A stretch of DNA of 64,000 nucleotides. Source: Bacteroidales bacterium. GTDB lineage: Bacteria > Bacteroidota > Bacteroidia > Bacteroidales > GWF2-38-335. The notes under the pieces were generated by a model. It was not told where the DNA came from, made no database searches, and saw nothing but the letters and a program-made list of their open reading frames with translations. Each line of letters begins with the position of its first letter. The stretch's first letter is position 1. Both the position numbers and the translations under genes were made by a program. Location of the stretch: NCBI GenBank assembly GCA_016936815.1, contig JAFGXD010000172.1, positions 2,961-66,960 of the forward strand, written 5' to 3'. Of the stretch, positions 49,649 to 58,608 are shown one piece after another.

Positions 49649-51040
49649 TTACAGACCAAGTTTAGCTTTCATCTCATCAGCCTTAACAGCTTCATTAAAA
49701 ATGAGATACAAATTCCTTAACAACTGCATTATCTGTCTATTATCAGGTTGCAGTTTATGAGCTTCTTCAAAATATGGTAATGATTTTTTAAATAGAGCAA
49801 GGTATTCTTCAATTCTATCCTTATCCTGACTACTATATATATCAGCAGCAGGTTTATAATAAATTGCACCCAGGTTATTGTAAATTTGAAATAACATTGA
49901 CTTGTCATCAGGCTTTTTCATTAAAAGAAGCAGGTATAAGGCCTCAGCCTGATCTCTAAATTTTGCGGAATTTGTTTCATCATTTCTCTTGAAATAAATT
50001 TTAGCAACATTATTGTGAGTATTAGCAGCAAGAAAAATTAATTGAATCTCATCTGTTTTTATTCCAACCGCTTTATTTAACACCTCGCAGGCCTTCAATA
50101 AGTAATTCAAGGCTGTGGCCTCATAACCCCTTTTCTCAAAAAGCTTTGCGGTTTCTAATAATGAATTTGAATAATTTACCAAAACCGGATAATTATCCGG
50201 AAGTTCACCTTCAGCTTTGGAAAGAACTTCAGTAAGCATATCAATATCGTTTGCATTTTTATACAAATTTATTGCAGTCATAAGAATTTCAGGATTTCCC
50301 GGGAAAAAAATCATTCCCTGTTGAATTACTTTGGAAGCCTTATCAACTCTACCATTTTTTTCAAGCATATTACAATAATAAATATAAGCCAAAGGCAATG
50401 CTTTTTCCTTTTGTGGTTCTTGATTGGAATCTAAATCGACAATTTTTGTAAAATACATCTCTGCCTTAGAAAAATCTTCAAGTTGCATTGCGGAATAACC
50501 TGCGTAAACATTAACAGCATTCGAATTAATATTGTTGTATTTAAGCAAATGAAGAACAATTTTGTCGTCGTTTCCCAATGTTTCCAGTGTTTCGAAGTAG
50601 TTCTTAAAACCATCTAATGCATTAGTATAGAGATTCTTATCGGAACTTTTTAAAGCATTATTGTAATTACTAATTCCCTTATCGTAAAAAAGAGTTGCTA
50701 TTTCGAAAAGTACATTAATACAATCAGATTCAAAGTTATTCTCAGCATCAAGTTTTTTGCATTGTCTTATTGCCTGTAAAGATTCGTATGCAGGATTTGG
50801 AGACAATTTTTTCAGCACTTCACTTTTGGCAATTTCTGCATAAATATATCCTTTTAAATACCAAGTAACCGGCTTTGATGCTGTTTCAGGTGCAAGACAA
50901 TCTTTGTCGATTGCCTCTTTTGCTTTGTCGAGTCTTCCATCAATTTGCTTTATATAGTTTTCAGCCTTTTCTTGGTTTTGTTGACAAAAACCGTTAATTG
51001 TAAAAAGCAAAATTGAAAAAAGCAGAAGAAAAGTTTTCAT
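49649..51040 (-). CDS. secreted TPR-like helical repeat protein (paralogue of 51045..52328)
   Basis: 463 aa with a signal peptide and helical-repeat composition. It shares AKExID..CL..ET......TWY.KG.IY and many other blocks with the upstream neighbour. Confidence 0.6.
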   Translation of the reverse strand: MKTFLLLFSILLFTINGFCQQNQEKAENYIKQIDGRLDKAKEAIDKDCLAPETASKPVTWYLKGYIYAEIAKSEVLKKLSPNPAYESLQAIRQCKKLDAENNFESDCINVLFEIATLFYDKGISNYNNALKSSDKNLYTNALDGFKNYFETLETLGNDDKIVLHLLKYNNINSNAVNVYAGYSAMQLEDFSKAEMYFTKIVDLDSNQEPQKEKALPLAYIYYCNMLEKNGRVDKASKVIQQGMIFFPGNPEILMTAINLYKNANDIDMLTEVLSKAEGELPDNYPVLVNYSNSLLETAKLFEKRGYEATALNYLLKACEVLNKAVGIKTDEIQLIFLAANTHNNVAKIYFKRNDETNSAKFRDQAEALYLLLLMKKPDDKSMLFQIYNNLGAIYYKPAADIYSSQDKDRIEEYLALFKKSLPYFEEAHKLQPDNRQIMQLLRNLYLIFNEAVKADEMKAKLGL

Positions 51041-51044
51041 TATT

Positions 51045-52328
51045 TTATTTTTTCAGGTTATTTAGTTTTTCTTTCATGCTAAGTGCCTTATCTTCATTCT
51101 CCAAAATTAGATAGACCCTCATCATCATATCAATAAGTTCACTATTTTCCGGTTGAATTTCAAGAGCTTTTTCGAACTGAATAATACATTTATTAAATAA
51201 CAAAATGTACTTCCCCTTTATTTCATCTGTCTGATTTTTAACCCAAATATTATATACTTCAACGCCGGGATTAAAAAATAAGACGCCTAAATTGTAATGC
51301 AAATCGAATTTTAGTTCATCACTTTCCTGCTTATTTTCTATGGCCTTTAAGAAATTTATCTCTGCTTTTTCTCTGTATAGCCTATAATTTTCGTTATCTC
51401 CCTGTGTTTTATATTCATAAGAAATCTTGTTGTATGCATCTGCAAGAGCTGAAAGAAGACTAACGTTATTAGGATCTTTTAGCAATGCTTTTTCAATATC
51501 ATCGGTTAATACACCTGTTTTTCCGGTTTGTTGATAAACCCGAAGTTTCATCAATTCAATGTCATCGTCGGCCGGCCAAAGCTGCTTTGCCTGTTCCACA
51601 ACCCTTAAGGCATCTTCCTTATTTCCTTCGGCAAGCAAAATATCGCAATAGTTTGTATAAGCCTGAGGAACACCCCCACCCGATTTCACAATATTTTCGA
51701 AATGAATTTTTGCTTTCTCAAAATTTTCTGTCATTGCTGCTGAAAAACCCGCATAAAACCTAACTGTATTAATATCAATACTGTTTCTTTGCATTACATC
51801 CTTTATCTCAGTATTTTCGGAACCGAGAAGGTGAATTGTTTCAAAAAAGTTTTCAAAATCCAATAAAGAATACTTGTAACTTTCTTTATTGTTTGTCTCT
51901 AATCCCTTATTATAACGGAGAACTCCATTATTATAAAAAAGAAGAGAAATATTTAACAGAACATCTTCAATCTGATCCCTATAAGTGCCGGAATTGTCTA
52001 ATTTACCGGCTTTTATAATTGCTTGAAGAGCCTCATTGGAAAGCTTATCGGATTCGAATGAATTTTGGTTTTTTCTAGCTATTCCATTATATATCAAACC
52101 TTTAAAATACCAAGTCTTTGCTTGATTTGAAGTTTCTGAATGTAAACAAACTTCATCAATTACTTCTTTTGCTTTTTCTAAATCACCATTTTTAAAATGT
52201 GTATATGCCGCAGATCTTTTCACATCCTGAGAAAAACTGATGAATATTGTGAAAAGGAAGACAAGCAAAAAGAATTTTCGTAAGTTTTCATTTTTTAGCA
52301 TAATTTGCATATTTAGGTTATCAATCAA
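51045..52328 (-). CDS. secreted TPR-like helical repeat protein (paralogue of 49649..51040)
   Basis: 427 aa in the track. The true start may be the internal Met at about 52301 (MLKNENLRKFFLLVFLF...). Signal peptide present. Collinear similarity to the downstream gene. Confidence 0.6.
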   Translation of the reverse strand: MIDNLNMQIMLKNENLRKFFLLVFLFTIFISFSQDVKRSAAYTHFKNGDLEKAKEVIDEVCLHSETSNQAKTWYFKGLIYNGIARKNQNSFESDKLSNEALQAIIKAGKLDNSGTYRDQIEDVLLNISLLFYNNGVLRYNKGLETNNKESYKYSLLDFENFFETIHLLGSENTEIKDVMQRNSIDINTVRFYAGFSAAMTENFEKAKIHFENIVKSGGGVPQAYTNYCDILLAEGNKEDALRVVEQAKQLWPADDDIELMKLRVYQQTGKTGVLTDDIEKALLKDPNNVSLLSALADAYNKISYEYKTQGDNENYRLYREKAEINFLKAIENKQESDELKFDLHYNLGVLFFNPGVEVYNIWVKNQTDEIKGKYILLFNKCIIQFEKALEIQPENSELIDMMMRVYLILENEDKALSMKEKLNNLKK

Positions 52329-52360
52329 AATTAATCAATTAAACAGAACTGCGAAAAATT

Positions 52361-53326
52361 TCAATCATTTTTAACTTTTATTTTACTTATTATATATGTT
52401 CCAAACAATGCAGGAATTGCAAGATTAATAATCCACAAGCAAATTGCCGATGACAAAATTCCTAAAGTACTGTTAGAAACCATCTCCATAAAGAAAAGTG
52501 CTACTGCCCCCCGTAATCCGGCTTCGGCAAAAGTAAACACAGGTATAATCAGCATTACAAAATAGCCGGCGGAAATTGCAATAATAGCATCATACCATAA
52601 GATTTCTACCATAAAAACCTCCAGCAGAAGCAAATACTGACTCACAAAAACAAAATACCTGAAGAAACTCATAAACAAAGTTTTAGCCAAAATTTCCTTT
52701 GAGTAGGCTTTTAACTCCGGTTCAAATTGCTTAATTTTTTTAAAAAAAGGCAAGCCAAAAAGAAATCTAATGAATTTATGAATTTTGAAGTATAAAAGAA
52801 GTAGTAAAACCATAAAAATTATGGAACTTATTAAAGTAAGAACCATAGTATTCTGGTATCGAAAAGGCATTTCAGGAAAATAGCTAAACAAAAAAACAAA
52901 AGCAATAAGGCCAAAAACAACTGTTGTTAATATTTGAGCAATGCTCCCGGTAACAGTAGCAATAAGTCCTACAGAATAATTATCCCTTTTCAAAACAAGA
53001 GATCTTCCAAAATACTCTCCAACTCTGTTTGGTGTAAAAATTGCTGTGGATAAACCTACCAAAACACCCTTATAGGCAGTAATGGAATCTATTATTATAT
53101 AGGGTTTTAAGAGCTGTTTCCATTTAAATGCCTCAACTAACCAATTAACAAAAACAAGCAAAAATGCCAGTAAAAACAAAGAAACTGATTTAAGAGAAAA
53201 AGAAAAAAAATTGTTCTCTGCTAACACGTGACCTGAATCAACAATTCTGAAGGCTATAAAAGAAACAGAAGAAATGATTACAATCCACTTCAAAAACAAT
53301 AGAAAGTACTTTTTTTTGTCTGCCAT
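52361..53326 (-). CDS. polytopic membrane protein, flippase-like / lysyl-PG-synthase-TM-like (UPF0104-type)
   Basis: 321 aa, about 8 TM helices. The pattern (LVGLSTAIFTPNRVGEYFGR) recalls the LPG_synthase_TM/UPF0104 family. This assignment is from memory only. Confidence 0.55.
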   Translation of the reverse strand: MADKKKYFLLFLKWIVIISSVSFIAFRIVDSGHVLAENNFFSFSLKSVSLFLLAFLLVFVNWLVEAFKWKQLLKPYIIIDSITAYKGVLVGLSTAIFTPNRVGEYFGRSLVLKRDNYSVGLIATVTGSIAQILTTVVFGLIAFVFLFSYFPEMPFRYQNTMVLTLISSIIFMVLLLLLYFKIHKFIRFLFGLPFFKKIKQFEPELKAYSKEILAKTLFMSFFRYFVFVSQYLLLLEVFMVEILWYDAIIAISAGYFVMLIIPVFTFAEAGLRGAVALFFMEMVSNSTLGILSSAICLWIINLAIPALFGTYIISKIKVKND

Positions 53327-53330
53327 AGAG

Positions 53331-53338
53331 CAAATATA
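53331..53338 (-). promoter_or_regulatory. candidate -7 promoter box (TATATTTG) only 4 nt upstream of the ATG at 53326 (leaderless-mRNA candidate)
   Basis: Exact TAnnTTTG on the minus strand. The spacing implies a transcription start at or next to the start codon. Confidence 0.35.
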
Positions 53339-53400
53339 GTTTAGAAATTTGATATTGACAGAAGTTTTGGCATTTTTACATTCAATTTACAAAACTAAAA

Positions 53401-54171
53401 ATGGTACGACCTAAAAAACATCTGGGACAACATTTCCTAAAAGACAATAACATTGCTCAAAAGATTGTGAATTCAATTGACACAAACCTAAGTAAAAATG
53501 TAATTGAAATTGGTCCGGGAATGGGTATTCTAACCGATTTTTTGGTTAAGATACCGGATATCAAATTAAGCCTGATTGAAATTGACAGCGAATCGGTTGA
53601 CTATTTGAAAAATAGGTTTAAAGAACACAAACTAGCAATAATTCAAGACGATTTTATTAAGCCGAAAGTTAATCATATTACAGAAAATTGCCTAATTATT
53701 GGCAATTTTCCATACAATATTTCCAGTCAGATATTTTTTAAAATACTCGAAAACAAAGAAAATGTTATTCAGGTTGTTGGAATGATTCAAAAAGAAGTAG
53801 CAGAAAGATTAAAATCACCACCGGGCAATAAAACATACGGAATATTATCGGTTTTGCTTCAGGCATATTACGATATTGATTATCTGTTTACTGTAAACGA
53901 AACAGTATTTGTACCACCTCCAAAGGTTAAATCTGCGGTAATTAGAATTAGCAGGAATAACAGATTATCAATAAATTGCAATGAACAACTCTTCTTTCAA
54001 GTAGTTAAAATGGCCTTTAATCAAAGAAGAAAAACCTTAAGGAATTCATTAAAGAAAATGCTTGAAGGAAAAGATGTTTCAAACGAAATTTTTTCAAAAA
54101 GACCCGAACAACTTAGCGTAGATGATTTTATTTTTTTAACCCAAAGTTTAGATATAATAAAAGCAGAATAA
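53401..54171 (+). CDS. rsmA: 16S rRNA (adenine1518/1519-N6)-dimethyltransferase RsmA/KsgA
   Basis: 256 aa with KKHLGQHFL, EIGPGMGILT and GNFPYNISS motifs. Confidence 0.95.
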   Translation: MVRPKKHLGQHFLKDNNIAQKIVNSIDTNLSKNVIEIGPGMGILTDFLVKIPDIKLSLIEIDSESVDYLKNRFKEHKLAIIQDDFIKPKVNHITENCLIIGNFPYNISSQIFFKILENKENVIQVVGMIQKEVAERLKSPPGNKTYGILSVLLQAYYDIDYLFTVNETVFVPPPKVKSAVIRISRNNRLSINCNEQLFFQVVKMAFNQRRKTLRNSLKKMLEGKDVSNEIFSKRPEQLSVDDFIFLTQSLDIIKAE

Positions 54172-54195
54172 TTACTTTTGTACAAAATCTGTTTT

Positions 54196-55557
54196 ATGCA
54201 ATTCGAACTAACAAAAGATTTTATAGATCATTTAATTGATATTATAGATAGAAAGGATGAGAAAACGGCTCTTTCTATAATGGAAGAATTGCATGCCGCT
54301 GATATTGCTGAAATATATGACGAACTGAACATTGAACAGGGTAAATTTCTTTACTTATTACTTGATGCAGATAAGGCATCGGATGTTTTGGCTGAACTTG
54401 AAGACGACGACCGCGAAAAATTTCTTTTGGCTCTTCCAAGTGAACTTATTGCCCGTCAGTTTATTGAAGAGATGGATTCTGATGATGCAGCTGATGTTTT
54501 AGCTGATTTACCTTCAGAAAAAATTGATGAGGTTCTTTCTCACATTGAAGACATTGAACAAGCCGGTGATATTGTTGATCTTCTATCTTATGATGAAGAT
54601 ACGGCAGGCGGTTTAATGGCAAAGGAACTAATTTCGGTAAATGAAAATTGGGATGTAAATTCTTGCATTGAGGAAATAAGAAAACAAGCGGAGGAAGTTG
54701 AGGATGTTTATAATGTTTATGTAATTGATGACGACAGCAAACTAAGAGGCCTTTTATCTCTAAAAAAACTAATTCTCACCAATCCAAAAACAAAAATTGC
54801 CGCAATTTGCCAATCTGATATTAAGTTTGTTAAAACCAATATGCCTTCTGAAGATGTTGCTAATATTATGCAAAAGTACGACCTTGTTTCAATTCCGGTG
54901 GTAGATAATATTGGCCGATTGGTTGGAAGAATTACAATTGACGATGTAGTTGATGTTATGCAAGAAGAGGCTGAAAAAGATTATCAGATGGCATCCGGTA
55001 TTACAGAAGACGTTGAATCTTCCGATAAAATTTGGGTTCAAATTAGAGCGCGTCTTCCCTGGCTGCTAATTGGAATGGTTGGTGGTACTTTTGGAGCTTT
55101 GGTTCTCGGGAACTTCGAAGGCGATATAATGAAATATGCAGGTCTGGCCTTCTTTATTCCAATGATAAATGCAATGGCCGGAAATGTTGGAGTTCAATCA
55201 TCTGCTATTGTTGTTCAGAGTCTTGCAAACAAATCGATAGGTATTGAAAGTATTGCAAGCAAGCTCTTTAGGGAACTTGGGGTGGGATTAATTAATGGAA
55301 TTATTTGTTCCGGACTTATTTTCGCTTTTAATTTATTGGTTTACGACAATCTCCCTCTTACCATAACAGTTAGCCTTTCATTATTTTCAGTAATAATATT
55401 CGCATCTGTATTTGGTACATTTATTCCACTTGCATTAAACCGATTTAAAATTGACCCTGCCGTAGCAACAGGTCCATTTATTACCACCGTAAACGATATA
55501 GTTGGACTAATAATTTATTTGTTTATGGGAAGAATGTTGTTTGCAATGTACCTATAA
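54196..55557 (+). CDS. mgtE: magnesium transporter MgtE
   Basis: Track TTG start 54178 was replaced by the ATG at 54196 (MQFELTKDF...). N-domain, tandem CBS domains and a 5-TM C-terminal domain (PFITTVNDIVGLIIY) are present. Confidence 0.93.
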   Translation: MQFELTKDFIDHLIDIIDRKDEKTALSIMEELHAADIAEIYDELNIEQGKFLYLLLDADKASDVLAELEDDDREKFLLALPSELIARQFIEEMDSDDAADVLADLPSEKIDEVLSHIEDIEQAGDIVDLLSYDEDTAGGLMAKELISVNENWDVNSCIEEIRKQAEEVEDVYNVYVIDDDSKLRGLLSLKKLILTNPKTKIAAICQSDIKFVKTNMPSEDVANIMQKYDLVSIPVVDNIGRLVGRITIDDVVDVMQEEAEKDYQMASGITEDVESSDKIWVQIRARLPWLLIGMVGGTFGALVLGNFEGDIMKYAGLAFFIPMINAMAGNVGVQSSAIVVQSLANKSIGIESIASKLFRELGVGLINGIICSGLIFAFNLLVYDNLPLTITVSLSLFSVIIFASVFGTFIPLALNRFKIDPAVATGPFITTVNDIVGLIIYLFMGRMLFAMYL

Positions 55558-55558
55558 A

Positions 55559-56251
55559 CTAAAAAATATCTTTTAATTTAATTAGGGAATCTATCTCAAA
55601 AGTAGCTTTATTTTCGGAATGCAATCTTTTTGGATTAAACCACACTTGATCAATACCAAATTTTTTTGCTCCAATAATATCAACCTCCATATCGTCGCCA
55701 ATCATTATGCTTTCCTCTTTTCTTGCATTAACAGAAGATAGAGCATAGCCAAAAATTTCAGGTCTTGGTTTCTGAATTCCAATATCTTCCGAAGTAATAA
55801 TTTTTAAGAAAAACGGTGACAGCCCGCATCTTTCAACCTTCGAATACTGAACTTCCTTAAACCCATTTGTAATAATGTACATTTTATAGTTTGGCAATAA
55901 ATACTGCAAGACCTCAATTGTGCCGGGAAACAAGCCGGTCATTTCCGGACCCATCTTTACGTAATCATTCCCCATGGCTTCGGCAATTTCCGAATTCTCG
56001 CATCCTACTTCTCCCAAAGTATTTAGGAATCTAAGACCCCTAAGCACCTCTTTCCTTATTTTACCCTCTCTATACAACGCCCATAATTTATCGTTATGCT
56101 TGTTGTAAATTATTTTAAATTGCTCAATATCATTAAAATAAGTTGCCAAAGAATACTTATCATACAATTTTGCAAAAACAAATTCAGTATTAGTTTCAAA
56201 ATCCCATAAGGTGCGGTCTAAATCGAAAAACAAATGTTGGTATTTTTTCAT
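55559..56251 (-). CDS. HAD-superfamily hydrolase (YjjG-like nucleotidase type)
   Basis: Track ORF is 55559..56293 (TTG start). The internal ATG gives MKKYQHLFFDLDRTLWDF with the DxDxT motif I. Motif III/IV is IGDDMEVDIIGA. The start coordinate is approximate. Confidence 0.8.
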   Translation of the reverse strand: MKKYQHLFFDLDRTLWDFETNTEFVFAKLYDKYSLATYFNDIEQFKIIYNKHNDKLWALYREGKIRKEVLRGLRFLNTLGEVGCENSEIAEAMGNDYVKMGPEMTGLFPGTIEVLQYLLPNYKMYIITNGFKEVQYSKVERCGLSPFFLKIITSEDIGIQKPRPEIFGYALSSVNARKEESIMIGDDMEVDIIGAKKFGIDQVWFNPKRLHSENKATFEIDSLIKLKDIF

Positions 56252-56281
56252 TATAATAAAATCAAAAAACAAAATGTTTGC

Positions 56282-56289
56282 AAAGTTAG
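56282..56289 (-). promoter_or_regulatory. candidate -7 promoter box (TAACTTTG) for the HAD hydrolase gene
   Basis: Exact TAnnTTTG on the minus strand, about 30 nt upstream of the preferred ATG. Confidence 0.3.
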
Positions 56290-56344
56290 TCAATATAGAA
56301 TAACGTAAACTGAAAAAACGATAAGAAAAATAACAAAAAGTAAG

Positions 56345-56352
56345 TACCTTTG
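56345..56352 (+). promoter_or_regulatory. candidate -7 promoter box (TACCTTTG) for fmt
   Basis: Exact TAnnTTTG, 17 nt upstream of the fmt ATG (56370). Confidence 0.4.
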
Positions 56353-56369
56353 ATAAAAAAACGGTTTAT

Positions 56370-57326
56370 ATGCGAATTGTATTTATGGGTACACCCGACT
56401 TTGCGGTGGAGTCGTTAAAAAGACTTATTAACAACAATTTGGATGTTGTTGGGGTTATAACGGCTCCCGACAAACCTGCCGGAAGAGGTCAAAAATTATC
56501 AGAATCCCCGGTAAAAAAATATGCTGTAGAAAATGGCATTAAGGTTTTACAACCCGAAAGGCTTAAATCCGATGATTTTCTAAATGAACTTAAAGACCTG
56601 AAAGCCGATTTACAAATAGTTGTAGCATTTAGAATGTTACCTGAGGAAGTTTGGTCCATGCCTAAATTGGGAACCTTTAACCTTCATGCCTCATTATTGC
56701 CACAATACAGGGGTGCAGCCCCTATAAACCGAGCAATAATGAATGGAGAAACAAGAACAGGGGTAACCACCTTTTTCCTTAACCATGAAATAGATACAGG
56801 TAAAATTATTGAATCTGTTGGAGTTGAAATATTAGATAATGAAACTGCGGGGGAATTACACGACAAGCTAATGTATTTAGGTGCCGAACTTGTTGTTAAA
56901 ACCGCAAAATCAATTGAAAAAGAAACATTTCAGGCAATTGATCAACAGGCATTTACAATTAATACTGAATCGCTAAAAAAAGCCCCAAAACTTTTTAAAG
57001 AAGATTGCAGAATAAAATGGAATTCCGATGTTGAGGATGTCTATAATCACATAAGAGGTTTAGACCCATATCCAGCAGCATGGTCGGAATTTGTAAATAC
57101 TGAAGGTCAGACCTTTTCTTTCAAACTTTTTAAGGCTGAAATTATATCCGGCAAGCACAGGGTTTCTCCGGGTAAAATAAGCACTGATGGAAAAACTTAC
57201 TTATATATTGCTGCAGACGGTGGCTTTATTGGAGTTAAAGATATTTTGCTTGCAGGGAAAAAAAGAATGAATTGCAAAGAATTTTTGAGAGGTTTTCCTA
57301 TTAACGAAAAATGGGTTTGTTTATAG
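56370..57326 (+). CDS. fmt: methionyl-tRNA formyltransferase Fmt
   Basis: 318 aa with MRIVFMGTPDFAV, the HASLLPQYRGAAPI motif, and a C-terminal tRNA-binding domain. Confidence 0.95.
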   Translation: MRIVFMGTPDFAVESLKRLINNNLDVVGVITAPDKPAGRGQKLSESPVKKYAVENGIKVLQPERLKSDDFLNELKDLKADLQIVVAFRMLPEEVWSMPKLGTFNLHASLLPQYRGAAPINRAIMNGETRTGVTTFFLNHEIDTGKIIESVGVEILDNETAGELHDKLMYLGAELVVKTAKSIEKETFQAIDQQAFTINTESLKKAPKLFKEDCRIKWNSDVEDVYNHIRGLDPYPAAWSEFVNTEGQTFSFKLFKAEIISGKHRVSPGKISTDGKTYLYIAADGGFIGVKDILLAGKKRMNCKEFLRGFPINEKWVCL

Positions 57327-57329
57327 AAA

Positions 57330-58607
57330 ATGAATAGAATAATAGCAATATTAATAATTAGTACAATAATTTCCTGCAAAAAGGAAATCAACCAGATGCC
57401 GGTTATTTCAATGGAACAACCTATAGAAAATCTTCATATTTTGGCAGTTGACAGCTTTTTGGTAAAAGGGAGAGTAACAGACGATAATGAAATAAAATCG
57501 ATTAGAATTTCTATAGTAAATTCGAACTTAATTCCGGTTTCTCAAACCTATTCCTTCAGCCCCCTATCAAAAACTACAAGTTTCAATTTTTGGTTTGAGC
57601 TAAACGAAATTAAACTCGAAAGTGGCACATATTACCTTCTGGTTAGTGCCAGCGACGAATTAGAAAAAACAAATAATTATACGAAACTACTTATTAACGA
57701 AATAAACAAAGAATTAACCGGGGTTTGGACCGTTTCCAAAAGCGGATTAAGCAGTTATATAAAAAAATACTTTAACGAAACAGGGGAAAATTTTCTGACA
57801 GTTTCCGATGCATGTAAAGACATTTCATTTAACTCATTTTCAAGCCAATTACACATACTTACAGAATCAGGGAATTTACAATCTATTGATATTAGCAACA
57901 AAGAATTAGTTTGGGAGAAATCAAATCTACACAATTACGTTTTTCCATATTATGGAAATTTAGCAACAAATTCAAACATTACATTTGTAAGCACAAATAT
58001 TGGTGATATATACGGCTACAATGAATATGGGACAACAGTAAAAAGTTCTTCTATAACCGACAATTCTAATCGTCCCGGCAAATTTTTCTTTCATAGGCAA
58101 TATCTAATTGTTCAAGAAATAGCCCTTGGTTCAATACCTCAAAAAATTGAATTGTTCTTTTCAGAATCTGGTCAGTCAATGCAATATCACTCTATGGTAG
58201 ATTTAGAAATAATTGACTTTAGTTCCTATGATGAAAACAGAATTCTAATTTGGGGCAACACTAGTTCAAAAATGAAAGTCTGCACATTAAATATTTCCCT
58301 TCAGCATTTGGATGATATTTCAGGTTTTCCGGAGGAAAAAGTAAAATCTGTTGCCATGGTTTCTGAAACCAAACATTTTTTTCTTTGCAACAACGCCATA
58401 TATTCATATAGTCCATTAAGCTTTTCTATTTCTGTTTTCAAATCCGGAATTACAGCGGAATTTATTAAATACGAGCCACTTACAAACAAATTGTATGTTG
58501 TAGGGTTAGATGCCATTAATATTTACGACATTAATTCAGGAATACAAATAAGCAGTATTATTCTTGACAATCCAATAATTGATTTAGAATTTTCATACAA
58601 TAAATAA
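57330..58607 (+). CDS. uncharacterised lipoprotein (N-terminal Ig-like module plus beta-rich, possibly propeller-like, region)
   Basis: 425 aa with a lipobox (IISTIISCKKE). Beta-strand-rich composition with repeated short hydrophobic/Ser-Asn strands. No family confidently recognised. Confidence 0.55.
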   Translation: MNRIIAILIISTIISCKKEINQMPVISMEQPIENLHILAVDSFLVKGRVTDDNEIKSIRISIVNSNLIPVSQTYSFSPLSKTTSFNFWFELNEIKLESGTYYLLVSASDELEKTNNYTKLLINEINKELTGVWTVSKSGLSSYIKKYFNETGENFLTVSDACKDISFNSFSSQLHILTESGNLQSIDISNKELVWEKSNLHNYVFPYYGNLATNSNITFVSTNIGDIYGYNEYGTTVKSSSITDNSNRPGKFFFHRQYLIVQEIALGSIPQKIELFFSESGQSMQYHSMVDLEIIDFSSYDENRILIWGNTSSKMKVCTLNISLQHLDDISGFPEEKVKSVAMVSETKHFFLCNNAIYSYSPLSFSISVFKSGITAEFIKYEPLTNKLYVVGLDAINIYDINSGIQISSIILDNPIIDLEFSYNK

Positions 58608-58608
58608 C

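Noticed and set aside
54172-54195. M-box (Mg2+) riboswitch upstream of mgtE
   Set aside because: The spacer after rsmA is about 24 nt. There is no room for a structured leader.
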